Counted from the stretch's first letter, positions 1 through 13,217 are shown. The stretch is DNA of 64,000 nt from Octopus sinensis (GCF_006345805.1 NC_043017.1:12524001-12588000); one strand, 5' to 3'. Translations and numbers: made by a program. Notes: generated by a model from the sequence alone, not told the origin.

Positions 1-143
1 ATCGACCCTGGGACTTATTCTTTGTAAGCCCAGTACTTATTCTATCGGTATCTTTTGCCGAACCACTAAGTGACGGGGACGTAAGCATACCAGCATCGGT
101 TGTCAAGCAATGCTAGGGGGGACAAACACAGACACACACATAC

Positions 144-175
<32 letters not shown>

Positions 176-329
176 GACAGCCTTCTTTCAGTTTCCGTCT
201 ACCAAATCCACTCACAAGGCTTTGGTCGGCCCGGGGCTACAGCATAAGACACTTGCCCAAGATGCCATGCAGTGGGACTGAACCCGGAACCATGCGGCTG
301 GTAAGCAAGCTACTTACCACACAGCCACT

Positions 330-332
<3 letters not shown>
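1..332 (-). mobile_element. tRNA-derived SINE, family A (cut by window start)
   Basis: Reverse complement of the family A head (ggagtggctgtgtggtaagtagcttgc...ggttccgggttcagtccc, A/B-box-like), CORE-like cttgggcaagtgtctt, central (TA)n and body shared with >20 copies here. Confidence 0.9.
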
Positions 333-359
<27 letters not shown>

Positions 360-360
<1 letters not shown>

Positions 361-570
361 AGGGGGTGCTGAAAAGCTCCTGGCTTTGGCTAAAAGAAAA
401 TACAGGAGGATCAGTTAATTATGATTTTATTCAATACATTTATTCTCCTCTCAGATTCACACAATTATTGCAGTAGTCCTGTTTCTATAAGCCCTGTAAA
501 AGGGCTTGGAAGGTTGAGCCTCCAGCCAGGCCTTTCACAATACCCTAAAGCCAAGGAATTTTCAGCATGC
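360..570 (-). mobile_element. mariner-derived MITE
   Basis: Imperfect TIRs ggggtgctgaaaagctcctggcttt ... aaagccaaggaattttcagcatgc. The minus strand reads DYCNNCVNLRGE*, resembling the mariner transposase C-terminal KC(I/V)xxxGxY motif. Confidence 0.65.
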
Positions 571-640
571 AGTCTTGAATGTCTCTGTTTTTATTCATAC
601 ATGCATATATACATATACATACAGACAGACAGACAAACAG

Positions 641-985
641 AAAGGATGAGAAAGAAAGAAAGAAAGAAGAAGGAAAGAAAAAGAAAGAAAAAAAGAAAAG
701 AAAAGGAAAGAAAAGAAATAAGGAGGAGAAAGAAAAGAAATAAAGAAAGGAGGAGAAAGAAAGATAGAAAGAAAGAAAGAGAAAGAAAGATAGAGAGGGA
801 GGGAGGGAGGGAGGGAGGGAAAGAAAGAAAGATAGGAGGGGGAAAGAAAAGAAAGAAAGAAAGAAAAGGAGGAAGGGAAAGAAAGATAGGGAGGAAGGGA
901 AGAAAGATAGGGAGGAAGGGAAATAAAGAGAGAAAGAAAAGAAGGAGGGAAAGAAAAAAAGAAAGATAAGGAGAGAAAGAAAGGA
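641..985. repeat. polypurine (GAAA/GGGA)n low-complexity tract
   Basis: About 345 bp almost entirely A/G; source of the spurious K/R/E-rich and F/S/L-rich ORFs. Confidence 0.95.
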
Positions 986-1504
986 AGAATCGCTCCCCGT
1001 GTGAGTGATAAAAATCCAGTCTCTTAAAAAAAATTTTTTAAAAACTACTTTCAGAAACGAAAACATTAAAAAAAAACGATGAGAGTTATCTCCCTTGACA
1101 GCTCCACACACAAGATTCAATGAAAAAGAACGGTACGATAATCAAGGCACGTGTGTTAAGTGTAGAAAACTTTTGTCCTACGTATGGCTTTACAGGATAT
1201 CAGATTGAGATTACAGGGCTTTCATGTACCCCCCATGAGCATCCAGTGATTCACTTTTTTTTTTTAAATGAGTAAATAAATACGGTTGCAGCTGGGAACA
1301 CAGACTGAATGCCAATGGTTAAAGTGGTAAGTTATGGGCTCTCTCTCTCTCTCAAGATTAAAATAGGGCTTTCAGACGACAAAGGGTCTGAGGACACCTT
1401 TATCTCATCTCTTCCACCACCACTCACCAGTCGTCAAGGCCCTATAAAATGTCATGGGCACTACCTTTTCTTCGGATCACAAACACACGCACAAAATAGT
1501 ATGT

Positions 1505-1920
1505 GTTTCTTTATTACTCACAAGGGGCTAAACATAGAGGGGACAAACAAGGACAGACAAACGGATTAAGTCGATTACATCGACCCAAGTGCGTAACTGG
1601 TACTTAATTTATCGACCCCGAAAGGATGAAAAGGCAAAGTCGACCTCGGCGGAATTTGAACTCAGAACGTAGCGGCAGACGAAATACCTATTTCTTTACT
1701 ACCCACAAGGGGCTAAACATAGAGGGGACAAACAAGGACACACAAACGGATTAAGTCGATTACATCGACCCCCAGTGCGAAACTGGTACTTATTTAATCG
1801 ACCCCGAAAGGATGAAAGGCAAAGTCGACCTCGGTGGAATTTGAACTCAGAACGTAACGGCAGGCAAAATACCGCTAAACATTTCGCCCGGCGTGCTAAC
1901 GATTCAGCCAGCTCGCCACC
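1505..1920 (-). mobile_element. SINE family B, full copy plus head-to-tail partial copy
   Basis: Head ggtggcgagctggctgaatcgttagcacgccgggcgaaatg and core gtcgactttgcctttcatcctttcggggtcgat on the minus strand. The core and tail are repeated at 1505-1688. Confidence 0.9.
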
Positions 1921-2513
1921 TTTCCGTCCATATTTGAGGATTGAAAAAAAGTTTACATGGAACCAAATATGATTTGAACTCAAAACTAGAAGCTGGAAAA
2001 AGGATGCTGATAAACTGCTTATACCACTGAGCTACCACCACAATCATCCACCACAAAGTAGATAAAAATACAAGAGGAGCAAGCAATACGAACAAGTGGC
2101 AGGAAGCTGACCAGAATAATTAATATTACCTAATTATCTAATTAGAAGAACTAGAGAGAGTTAATGAGCATGGCAAGATAATGTAATGATAGAGTAGTGG
2201 AGTGGAGTGGAGTATGAGTGAAGCCATAAAATGATGGAGTGGGAGTTAAGGTATGAGTAGAGAGAAGAGAAGTGGAAGGGAAGTAGAAAGCAAGGAAAAG
2301 GAATCAAAAAGGAAGCCTCAAAGTTGGCGGTGGGGGTGGGCAAAGGCTTCATGATATGCTAGAAGTAGCAGCCAAAAATCTATTGGATCACACACAACCA
2401 AATTATTACTGGAAGGATGCTTTACATAATAATGTATGTAATCATGGATAAACATTGCCATAATTACCAAAAGCTAATGACACCCTGCAAAGACATTCCA
2501 ACCACAACCTTCC

Positions 2514-2549
<36 letters not shown>

Positions 2550-2551
<2 letters not shown>

Positions 2552-2940
2552 CGCAGGAGTGGCTATGTGGTAAGTAGCTTGCTTACCAACCACATGGTTC
2601 CGGGTTCAATCCCACTGCGTGGCACCTTGGGCAAGTGTCTTCTACTATAGCCTCGGGCCGACCAATGCCTTGTGAGTGGATTTGGTAGACAGAAACTGAA
2701 GGAAGCCTGTCATATATTTATATATATATATAATATATGCGTGTCTGTGTTTGTCCCCCTAGCATTGCTTGACAACCGATGCTGGTGTGTTTATATCCCC
2801 ATTACTTAGTGGTTTGGCAAAAGAGACCGATAGAATAAGTACTGGGCTTACAAAAGAATAAGTCCCGGGGTCGAGTTGCTCGATTAAAGGCGGTGCTCCA
2901 GCATGGCCGCAGTCAAATGACTGAAACAAGTAAAAGAGTA
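2550..2940 (+). mobile_element. SINE family A, full length
   Basis: ggcgcaggagtggctatgtggtaag head, central TA/TG microsatellite, 3' end gactgaaacaagtaaaagagta. Confidence 0.95.
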
Positions 2941-2949
2941 TATATATAT

Positions 2950-3305
2950 ATATGGCTGTATGGTTGAGAAGCTTGCTTTGCAACTACAAGCTTCCAGGTT
3001 CAGTTCCACTGCACAGCTTCTTGGACAAGTGTTGTCTATTATAGATTGGGCTGACCAATACATAACAAATGAATTTGATAGATGGAGACAGTGGGAGCTG
3101 TAGTGTGTGTGGCTTTGCATTTGTCCCACCAATGCTTAATAGTTCAGCAAAAGAAGCAAACAGAAAAAGTACCAGACTTTCAGAAATATGTACTGATGGA
3201 AGAGGTGTGATTTCTTCAGCTAAAACCTTCAAGGTAAGCGCCCCAGCATGGCCCCAGTTCAGTGACTGAAACAAGTAAAAGATTCAAAAGGTAAAAGATA
3301 AAAAG
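2950..3305 (+). mobile_element. older, diverged family A-like SINE
   Basis: Degenerate head (ggctgtatggttgagaagcttgc...ggttcagttccactg), cttggacaagtgtt, and tail ccagcatggccccagttcagtgactgaaacaagtaaaaga. Confidence 0.75.
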
Positions 3306-3339
3306 ACATGTGTCTTTCGTTATCCTTTTCAGATGGTAG

Positions 3340-3660
3340 TTTGATTTGTGAAACATCTGGCTGCTATTTTTAGCAAGCTGAGAAACCACATACAGGCTTT
3401 TTGTTTTTTGATTTTCTTGGAAAATTTTTGCAGTTGTTTAGCTAATGCTATCCAGATCCAAACCACCACCACCAAGTCAGTCCTGACTGAAAATACCTAT
3501 GATCAAAACTATTCCAGCCATGACCATCCTTTCTTACATATTCAAGGACTATTGTTCAATGAACCTTACCCTTTTTCTCTTTTAAGACAATATGGCTTGA
3601 TTTGAGGAAGTTTCGCAGCTATTTCTAGCAGATCTAGCGACCAATGTAGCTCTCTTATTG
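3340..3660 (+). repeat. ancient interspersed repeat (family E core, two copies)
   Basis: Motif (a)tttggctgctatttctagca..tc.agcgacc at about 3356 and 3611, recurring at about 5664, 20100, 28960, 30103 and inverted at about 16256, 25691, 37000. Confidence 0.55.
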
Positions 3661-3769
3661 GTCCCATAAATACTGATCAAGTCAGGTCAAATGCCAAAGG
3701 TTGGTTCAATTGCCCAGGCATCGCCCCATCCCCCACTACCATAATGCCTTGTCCCAAAGTCAGATAAGG

Positions 3770-3787
3770 TGGTAGTAGTGGTAATAA

Positions 3788-3829
<42 letters not shown>

Positions 3830-4200
3830 AAGCAGCAGCAGCACATTCATTAATGATTTTTTTTATTAGCCACAGGGGCTCAGCAAAAGCAAATAAAACA
3901 ATATAAAATAACAAAAGATAGGAAGGAACACAATCATTAAGCAGTAGTAGTAGTAGTAGTAATAGTAGTAGCAGCAGCAGTGGTAGTGGTGGTGCTGCTG
4001 CTGCTAGGGGTATTGGTGGTAGTAGTAATAATAGTAGTAAGTCATTAATAAAATCATCAGTTGTAGTAGTTGTTGTTGTTGTTGTTGTGGTGGTGTTGTT
4101 GTAGCAGAGGCAGTGGTGGAGATGGTTGTGGTAGAAGCCATTATACAACTACTAAGCAGCACAAACCATTAATAACACTAGTAGTAGTAGTAGTAGTGGT
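3770..4200. repeat. (GTA)n/(GTT)n/(GCA)n trinucleotide microsatellite cluster
   Basis: Visible directly in sequence. Confidence 0.9.
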
Positions 4201-4439
4201 AGGAGGAGGAAGAAGAGGAAGGAAAGGAGATGGATGCCATTAACGAAATGGGGGGAATGAAAACAACTAAAAACAACAAAAACACCAACTGACAGGAAAC
4301 TGCCCCCTCCCCCCTCCATCAACCCCCCTACACACACACACACTGACCTTAATTTTTAAAGACATCATAATGAAAATGGAGGTTGGAGAGAAGTCATTGT
4401 GATCCACCCCCTACTTCCTCTCTATCTCACATTCATATG

Positions 4440-4717
4440 TTCACATATGCTACACACACACACACACACACACATAGACACACACATTTTCACACACACA
4501 CACACACGCGCTCGCATTTTCACACATACATACAATTCACACAAGCACACATACACAGAGGTACACACACACATAGGAGGGAGGAATGTACAAACCACAC
4601 ATGCATAAGTGTCTGTATACATACACACACACACACATACATAAGTACACACAAGTATATATATATATACACACACACACATATATACACGCACATACAT
4701 ACATAAGTACACACAAG

Positions 4718-4749
<32 letters not shown>

Positions 4750-4947
4750 CACACACACATACCCACACATACACACACCATAATTATATATATATATATA
4801 CATAACGACACACACATACACACATATATATATATATATATATAATACATAACGCACACACATACACACATATATATATATATTATATATATATATACAT
4901 ACGCGCACACATACACACATATATATTATATATACACACACACACAT

Positions 4948-4988
<41 letters not shown>

Positions 4989-5047
4989 CGCACACACATA
5001 CACACATATATATATATATATATATACATACGCACACACATACACTC

Positions 5048-5078
<31 letters not shown>

Positions 5079-5150
5079 CACACACACACATAAACACATA
5101 TATATATAATATATAATATATAATATATACATACGAACACATGCACACAG
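4440..5150. repeat. compound (CA)n/(TA)n microsatellite
   Basis: Visible directly in sequence; gives the C/V/Y/I and H/T ORFs. Confidence 0.95.
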
Positions 5151-5568
5151 AAAAAGAGAAACAAAAGGATACACATGCATTCAAACACACAGGAAATAGG
5201 GAAAAAAAAACCTTCACTCCCCGCCCAAACCCCCCACTAAAACAACAACTATAACAACTATTGAAGCAACAACAACAAGCATTATCACCACCACCACCAT
5301 CATCATCATCATCATAGAGCCAACAACAACAACAAAAGCTAAAGTTTGAGAGCAAGTCAGCAGGTATATTGGTTAAGTAAACATTTATTGATAGGTCAAA
5401 GTGTGGTGGTAGTAGTGGTGGTGGTGGTGGTGGTGGTGATGGTGGTGGTGGTGGCAGTGTTGGTTGTTTAGCCCCAGGTCAGCCTTGATTCACCAGTCTT
5501 TCTCAAAGGCACTCCAGCTGTGACCATCACACACCCTCTTCAACAAACACTCTCTCACATGCTCCCTC

Positions 5569-5606
<38 letters not shown>

Positions 5607-6044
5607 CTGAGGATATGGAATTGCTTTTTCAAAATTTCTTTTCTTGTGGGATCCAATTTGAATGAGATTTCGCTGCTATATCTAGCAAACTGAGCGACCA
5701 CATACAAGCTTCCACCACAACTTGTTTGAATCCGTGTATGTATGAGAGTGTGTGTGTGTGTTTGGAGTGGTTGTGTGGGTATAAAATAACTGAAGTGATG
5801 CTGTAAGCAGTGGTAACAGACACAGCTGTGTACTATGCAGTATAATGTGTGTGTGTGTGTGTGCGTGTGTATGTATGTGTGTGTGTGTACACAGAGAGAG
5901 AGACAGACAGACATGTAGATACTTACACTCCATCAATTATGACAAGTGTTCCAGTTGATCTCAACCTATGGAACAGCTAGCATGTGAAATTAACATGCAA
6001 GCGGTTGAATATTCCACAGACACACAAGCCCTTAACATAGTTCT

Positions 6045-6352
6045 CAGGCACGTAAAAAGCACCATCCGAATCGTGGCCGATGTCAGTGCCGCCTCGACTG
6101 GCTTCCATGCCGGTGGCACATAAAATGCACCAATCCGACCGTGGCCATTGCCAGCCTCGCCTTGCACCTGTGCAGGTGGCACGTATAAAGCACCCACTAC
6201 ACTCACGGAGTGGTTGGCGTTAGGAAGGGCATCCAGCTGTAGAAACACTGCCAGAAAAAGACTGGAGCCTGATGCAGCCTTCTGGCTTCCCAGATCCCCG
6301 GTCGAACCATCCAACCCATGCTAGCATGGAGAACGGACGTTAAATGATGATG
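6045..6352 (+). mobile_element. RTE LINE 3'-UTR stub
   Basis: tggcacgtaaaaagcacc subrepeats, ggttggcgttaggaagggcatccagctgtagaaac, ccatgctagcatgg palindrome and (GAT)n tail; same sequence as the 3' UTR of the LINE at 33843-35030. Confidence 0.9.
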
Positions 6353-6510
6353 ATGATTCCAAGTGGACTGGTCCAACAAGGATGCAACGCACGACCAGGA
6401 ATTGAACTCTTGATCTTACAATCATAGGCACCAGATACCCTAAACACTACGTGACGCATAGATAAACACACGTACACATGTGTTTGCATGCATATACACA
6501 CACACACACA

Positions 6511-6862
6511 GTAAAGGTAAAGATCCCCCCCCCCCCCTTCTGTCATGAATGACCAAGGAATTGCACCAAGAAAATTCACCTCCGAGGCACAAGTCTGGAC
6601 AAGTTTGTTTACGGAAGACCAGCAGTCGCCTATGCATGCCAGCCTCCCCCTCTCCATACCACTGATGTTATCCAAGGAAAAGGCAAAGGGGCCAATACAG
6701 CTTGGCGTCAGTGATGTCACAACAAATTTCTACAGGTGAGTGAACTGGAGCAACATGAGATAAAGCATCTTACTCAAGAACACAACACACAGCCCAGTCT
6801 GGGAATCGAACTCACAACCTCATGTTTGAGCCCAACACTCTAACCACTGAGCCATGGGCACC
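6511..6862 (-). mobile_element. tRNA-derived SINE, family D
   Basis: Minus-strand head catggctcagtggttagagtgttggg...gagttcgattccc, CORE-like ttcttgagtaagatgc, 3' end ggatctttacctttac ((ACCTTT)n-like). Homologous to 21241-21573 and 42984-43305. Confidence 0.85.
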
Positions 6863-6966
6863 TTGTATAAAAAGGTAGTGAGCTGGTAAAATCATCAGCG
6901 CAGTGGAAAAATATTGGGTTGTCCGGAAAGTTCAAGCCAATTTATAGTAGCTTACCTTCTCTGCAG

Positions 6967-7242
6967 AAGTTAAGTTAATTTTTTGGCTCAAAAAGCAAAA
7001 AGCAAGGCCATGTAGGGGGACATGAAGTTATGTACAGGGTGGTGTTCATGCAAAGAGTTCAGCCATTTGTGGTCAAGGGAGACTTTGAACCGAGCGGTCG
7101 TCGGCATCTTCACTATCTCGTCCGGCAGCTTATTCCACGGATCCGCAACCCGGACGGAGAAAGCCCCTCTCCTTCGATTGAGATGAAATCGTCGCAGATA
7201 GAGCTTTAGTGTTAATGGTAAAAATATCAATTCCTTGTGCAA
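6967..7242 (-). mobile_element. CR1/L2-type LINE 3' end (RT C-terminal remnant plus tail)
   Basis: KLYLRRFHLNRRRGAFSVRVADPWNKLPDEIVKMPTTARFKVSLDHKW matches the FSxRVxxxWNxLPxxVV...FKxxLD motif of CR1/L2-group ORF2 ends. It is followed by a short UTR and aattaacttaactt. Confidence 0.75.
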
Positions 7243-7404
7243 TGTGGGTTATTCTCAATTAATGACTTGGCTATCCCAAGTGGGTTGAGGGCAATATGGC
7301 ATAGAAAGCAGCTAGTACTATAGGGGGGCTATGGCAATGGGTGAAAGCTGAAAGAATTTACTTTGAATCTGGAGCAGCATTTTTAAAGCAAATATTTAAT
7401 AATA

Positions 7405-7820
7405 GGCGCAGGAGTGGCTGTGTGGTAAGTAGCTTGCTAACCAACCACATGGTTCCGGGTTCAGTCCCACTGCGTGGCATCTTGGGCAAATGTCTTCTGC
7501 TATAGCCCCGGGCCGACCAATGCCTTGTGAGTGGATTTGGTAGACGGAAACTGAAAGAAGCCTGTCATATATATGTATATATATGTGTATGTATGTGTGT
7601 GTGTGTGTATGTGTGTGTGTGTTTGTTCCCCTAGCATTGCTTGTAACCGATGCTGGTGTGTTTATGTCCCCGTCACTTAGCGGTTCGGCAAAAAGAGACC
7701 GATAGAATAAGTACTGGGCTTACAAAGAATAAGTCCCGGGGTTGATTTGCTCAACTAAAAGTGGTGCTCCAGCATGGCCACAGTCAAATGACTGAAACAA
7801 GTAAAAGAGTAAAAGAGTAA
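7405..7820 (+). mobile_element. SINE family A, full length
   Basis: Complete head, central microsatellite and (GTAAAAGA)n tail. Confidence 0.95.
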
Positions 7821-8336
7821 TAAGAGAAGATCTGTTTGCACAGGCCATGCTTGCTACACCAAAATAATGCAATGAAAATTGATAATTTATACAATCTGCT
7901 CAAGCATACACATACACATACAGAGGAAAACAGACAAAGACATACAGAGACAGCCAAACGGACATCTCTGATTATTCAACAATTTCAAAAATCAATGCTT
8001 CTTGTATAGTTTGCACTCTTTTCGACAGAAGATTGCCTGACAAGAGAAACATTGATATTTTTTTTTATTACCAATGCCACACTGACTTAACCTAAGTCTA
8101 TCCATTGTGATAATCCCATTAATATTTTTTTATTTTTTTTAAAACAAAATAAAAATATCATAAAATAAAAATAAAATCAGTTCTGAAGCATTGAAAATAA
8201 CTGGAAAAAAAAAAAAAAAAGGAAAAAATTCTGCTGCTATGAACACTTGAGATTGTTTATCTCACTGCACCAAGGCAACAGCCATCAATTAACATTAATA
8301 TCACACTACGGAAATTATGATGAAATAATGAGTTTT

Positions 8337-8797
8337 TCTTTTACTTGTTTCAGCCATTTGACTGCCCTGAAGAGTTTTTAGTCAAAGAAATTGACCCTAG
8401 GAATTATTTTCTTTTTAAAGCCCAGTACTTATTCTATTGTTCACTTTTGCTGAACTGCTAAGTTACAGGGACGTAAATACACCGACACTGGTTGTCAAAT
8501 GATAGTGGGAGACAAACACAGAAACAAAGACACACACATGTAGATGCCGGTGGTACGTAAAAAGCACCATCCGATCGTGGCCGTTTTCCAGCTTCGTCTG
8601 GCACCTGTGCAGGTGGCACGTAAAAAGCACCCACTACACTCATGGAGTGGTTGGCATTAGGAAGGGCATCCAGCTGTAGAAACACTACCAGATCAGATCG
8701 GAGCCTGGTGCAGCCTCCTGGCTTCCCAGACTCCAGTTGAACTGTCCAGCCCATGCTAGTATGGAAAATGGACATTAAATGATGATGATGATGATGA

Positions 8798-8842
<45 letters not shown>

Positions 8843-9001
8843 CAATAGACTACTTTCAGTTACCATCTACCAAATCCATTCACAATGCTTTGGTCAGCCT
8901 GAAGCTATAACAGAAAACACTTGGCCAAGGTGCCACACAGCGGGACTGAACCTGGAACCACGTGGATGGTAAGCAAGCTTCTTACTAAACAGCCACTCCT
9001 G
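8337..9001 (-). mobile_element. older family A SINE split by an RTE stub
   Basis: Tail half at 8337-8540 and head half at 8845-9001 are collinear around the insert. Confidence 0.8.
8545..8800 (+). mobile_element. RTE 3'-UTR stub nested in SINE A
   Basis: gtacgtaaaaagcacc...aggaagggcatccagctgtagaaac...acattaaatgatgatgatg. Confidence 0.9.
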
Positions 9002-9166
9002 CTGCTGGACAAAAGATACTAAGAAATTACTAGAATAGCTCATGATTCTAAAGAATACACAAATAAAACAATCTTCATATGCCACACCCACAAGCATATA
9101 AAATAATAATGAAATTATTGTATACAGTGCTCAGGTGCACCATAATAATAATATAATAATCAAGAA

Positions 9167-9373
9167 CAATGGTTCCCAACTAGGGTTCATATGGGCCTAT
9201 GGGAACCACACAAGATTTTGTTGTTAATGTTAGAGGATGCTAGGTGTGCCGCAGTGTAACCTGAATATAATTTTTTCCCCTATACTTTTAGTTATATTTT
9301 TAGTTCAGGTGTGCCACAGAATTTTGAAAAGAATACAAGTGTACCGCAAGTGAAAAAAAGGTTGTAGAGCACT
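9167..9373. mobile_element. degenerate hAT-like MITE
   Basis: Ends caatggttcccaac ... ggttgtagagcacta resemble CAGTGGTTC(T/C)CAA TIRs; internal ggtgtgccgcag/ggtgtgccacag repeats. Confidence 0.45.
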
Positions 9374-9865
9374 AAATATTTTGGTCTACAATACACAAAA
9401 TATTTTAATAACTTTTTTTCTCATACAATTCCGAATAATATATAATTAAAAAAAATTTATGATTTTTTGATGTTGATGAAATTTATGATTTTATCGACAT
9501 CAAATAGCTAGGAGGGTCCATCTGAGTTAAAATAGGAATCAAAAGGAGTCCACAGGTAAAAATAGCTGAGAAATATTGATCTAAACAAGCAACATAAACC
9601 GTACAAGATTAAGGCCAAATAGAAATAACACAACTCACATTTATTACACACGATGTCAACAGAACATACACCTGTATAAGAAGAAACAGGAAACGAAACC
9701 CCCATAACAAAAGAAACTGTTGCAGTACACCAACAGACGGAGTTTATACTATAATCTTCCAATCTTTGCAAAAATAAGGACACAAAGCTGCACATTCTTC
9801 AGGAACATGGATGCACTATGACTGATGCAGCAGAAATTCACATGAAACTACAACAAAGAACTTCT

Positions 9866-10713
9866 CATAATAATAATAATAAGCCTTTCTACTATAGGCA
9901 CAAAGCCTGAAATTGTAAGGGAGGGGGCTAGTCAATTACATCAACCCTAAAAGGAGGAAAAGCAAAGTCAACCTCAATGGAATTTGAACTCAGAACATAA
10001 AGGCAGACAAAATGCCACAAGGTATTTTGTCAAACATGCTAACAGTTCTGCCAGCTAGCCGCCTTAGCAATAATAATAACAATAATAATAATCCTTTCTA
10101 CTAAAGGCACAAGGCCTGGCATTTTTCGGGAAGGGCTAGTTGACTACATCGACCCCAATGTTTCACTGGCACTTAATTTATTGACCCTGAAAGGATGAAA
10201 TGCAAAGTTGACCTCGGCAGAATTTGAACTCAGATGGAGGATTGCCCAGTGTGCTAACGAATTCTGCTGGCTTAATAATAATAATAATCCTTTCTACTAT
10301 AGGCACAAAGACTGAAATCTGGGGTAGGGAGATAAGTTGATTACATCAACCCCAGAGCATAACCCCAAAAGGATGTAAGGCAAAGTTGACCCCAGTGGAA
10401 TTTGAACTTGGAACCTAAAGATGGACGAAATGCCATTAAGCATTTTGCCTGGCATGCTAACGATTCTACCAGCCCGCCACCTTAACAACACCAACACCAA
10501 CAACAATAATAACCCTTTCTACTATAGGGACAAGGCCTGTAATTTTGGAGGAGGGGAATAGTCAATTACAGTGCTTGGCTGGTACTTTTTCCATCTACCC
10601 TGAAAGGATGAAAGACAAAGTCAACCTTGACAGAATTTGAGCATAAAGATGGAGAAAATATCACAAAGCATTTTTCACCTGGCATGCTAACGATTCTGCC
10701 AGTTCACCATCTT
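9866..10713 (-). mobile_element. array of four co-oriented family B-like SINEs
   Basis: Units at about 9866-10065, 10068-10273, 10274-10483 and 10484-10713. Each starts (AAT)n-cctttctacta(t/a)agg on the plus strand, carries the gcaaagtc/gaatttgaac core and ends in the tgctaac..ttct..cag head. Confidence 0.85.
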
Positions 10714-10737
10714 AATTTAATAAAGACAATGACCATA

Positions 10738-11122
10738 GGCGCAGGAGTGGCTGTGTGGTAAGTAGCTTGCTTACCTACCACATGGTTCCGGGTTCAGTCC
10801 CACTGCTTGGCATCTTGGGCAAGTGTCTTCTGCTATAGCCCCAGGCCGACCAATGCCTTGTGAGTGGATTTGGTAGACGGAAACTGAAAGAAGCCTGTCG
10901 TGTATATGTATGTATGTGTATGTATGTCTGTGTTTGTCCCCCTAGCATTGCTTGACAACCGATGCTGGTGTGTTTACGTCCCCGTTACTTAGCGGTTCGG
11001 CAAAAGAGACCGATTGAATAAGTACTGGGCTTACAAAGAATAAGTCCTGGGGTCGATTTGGTCGACTAAAGGCGGTGCTCCAGCATGGCCGCAGTCAAAT
11101 GACTGAAACCAGTAAAAGAGTA
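10738..11122 (+). mobile_element. SINE family A, full length
   Basis: Head through gactgaaaccagtaaaagagta. Confidence 0.95.
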
Positions 11123-11134
11123 TAGTTTCAAGAC

Positions 11135-11295
11135 TTGTCACAAGGCCAGCAAGTTTATGGGAGGGGATAAGTCGATTACATTGACCCCAGTGTTCAGCTG
11201 GTACTATTTTATCGACTGTGAAAGGATGAAAGGTAAAGTCGACCTCAGCAGAATTTGAACTCAGAACGTAAAGCCAAAAGAAATACAGTAAGGCA
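11135..11295 (-). mobile_element. family B-like SINE fragment
   Basis: gtcgattacattgacccc...aaggatgaaaggtaaagtcgacctc...gaatttgaactcagaacg. Confidence 0.75.
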
Positions 11296-12189
11296 TTTGG
11301 TCTATCGAGTCAACCAACTCACTTCTCTTGATGATAATAATTATAGGCATGATGATGATGATTTCTAACATAGTACAAATTTTGGAAGCAAAGGACAATG
11401 GGTTACAGTAGGAAGGATAAGGGGCCAGTTGACTCTCAGAAAGGGGATTAGAGCAGAAATTTAGGGAGGGAACTTTTAACTTAATTGCGTCACTGCTTCT
11501 ACCACCACTTTCATCACTATCACTACTGCTACCACAATACAAACACACCCACAGCTACAACCACAACCATCACCAGAACCACTAACGTCATCAACACCAC
11601 CATCACCACCACATCGCAAACACCACCATCCTTAACCACCAAATAACCAGTGGCATCATTACTACCAGAGTTCATACCACCACCACCACCACCACAACCA
11701 TCACAACTCAAGTATCATTGCCGACACTACCACCACCACAATCATAACCACTGCCATCACCACCACAACCACAACCACCACCACCATCACAACTCAAATA
11801 TCATTGCCGACACTACCACCACCACCACCACCACCACCACAACCACCATCACCCAGCAACTGGTAGAAACTTAACTTTTATCGACCCTCACTCAGACTGG
11901 TGAAAGGCCAAGCTGACCTCGGAAACTAGAACACAGATTCTAAGGAGACATTATATTTCATTACAGCCGACCCCCACAGATATGACAGGTACTTAAATTC
12001 TTCTATTGACCCAGGAACTAACACCACTACTCATGTCTACCATCACAAAGAAAGGAATTGCTTGGGGAAAACAAGCATAAAATGGCATAACTAAATGCCG
12101 CAAGCCATTTTAAGTCCCATGCTCCAAAATAATCGACACAGCCTCCTTCCACGCCCACCATCACCATTTCCGAAGAAATAAATACATAA

Positions 12190-12718
12190 ATAAATGAAAT
12201 GTACATCTACATACATATACATACATACATACATACATACATACATACATGCATACATACATACATACATACACACACACATAGATACATACATACATAC
12301 ATATATATATGCATACATACATACATAAATAAATACATACATATGTATACATACATACATACACACACATACATATATGCATGTGTGTGTGTGTGTGTGT
12401 GTATATGTAAGTATGTAAGATACATTCAATGCTAAGTTAATTATAACATGAAACGAATGGTAAAAATAGAAGAGGGAGAGGAGGAAGCGGAGAAGGAAAA
12501 GGAGGAGGGCAAGAAGGAGGAAGAAGAGGCGGTGGCAGGAGGGGGGGGGGAGAAGAGAAAAGAGGAGAAAAAAACAGACACCGTTATTGCAATCAATGAA
12601 GTCAATTTGGATAGCAAACCGCATAAAACAGTGATAGCACGGAGCTGAGAATACACTTCCACACACGCATACACACACATGCATGTATATGTGCACACAC
12701 TCATGAACCTGTATGTAA

Positions 12719-12781
<63 letters not shown>

Positions 12782-13066
12782 CATGTAAGAATATCTGAAC
12801 ATACATATACACATGTAGTCACTCATATCTAAGCAGACATCAAATACATATACACATATATACATACATATGCAAATACATATAGATCAAACACACACAC
12901 ACGTGTGTGTATACATGTATAATATATATGCATTTGTGTATGCTCACATATGTACATTGTATATATATATCTTATATATATAATATATAAATACAAATGT
13001 ACATATGACCATATATGTGTATGTATACACGTGTTTTATCTATGTATATACATAAATTTATATATA

Positions 13067-13098
<32 letters not shown>

Positions 13099-13182
13099 GC
13101 ATATGTGTTTATATGTGTGTATATATATATATTATATATATATATATATATACATAAGTGCATGTGTTTGTGTGTTTATATA

Positions 13183-13217
<35 letters not shown>

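Noticed and set aside
421-1120. 182-aa K/R/E-rich and 191-aa F/S/L-rich ORFs
   Set aside because: Both strands of a polypurine low-complexity tract; no domain content.
4383-5355. Many C/V/Y/I and H/T ORFs up to 272 aa (also at 12-14, 36, 40-41, 48.7 and 51 kb)
   Set aside because: Dinucleotide and tetranucleotide microsatellites lack stop codons in several frames.
6912-6945. tattgggttgtccggaaagtt mariner-like TIR (similar starts near 36316 and 38592)
   Set aside because: No matching second TIR or transposase remnant found.
12560-12650. Homeobox-motif-rich unique island (ttattgcaatcaatg...gcataaaac)
   Set aside because: Short AT-rich motifs are expected by chance; cannot be supported without conservation data.
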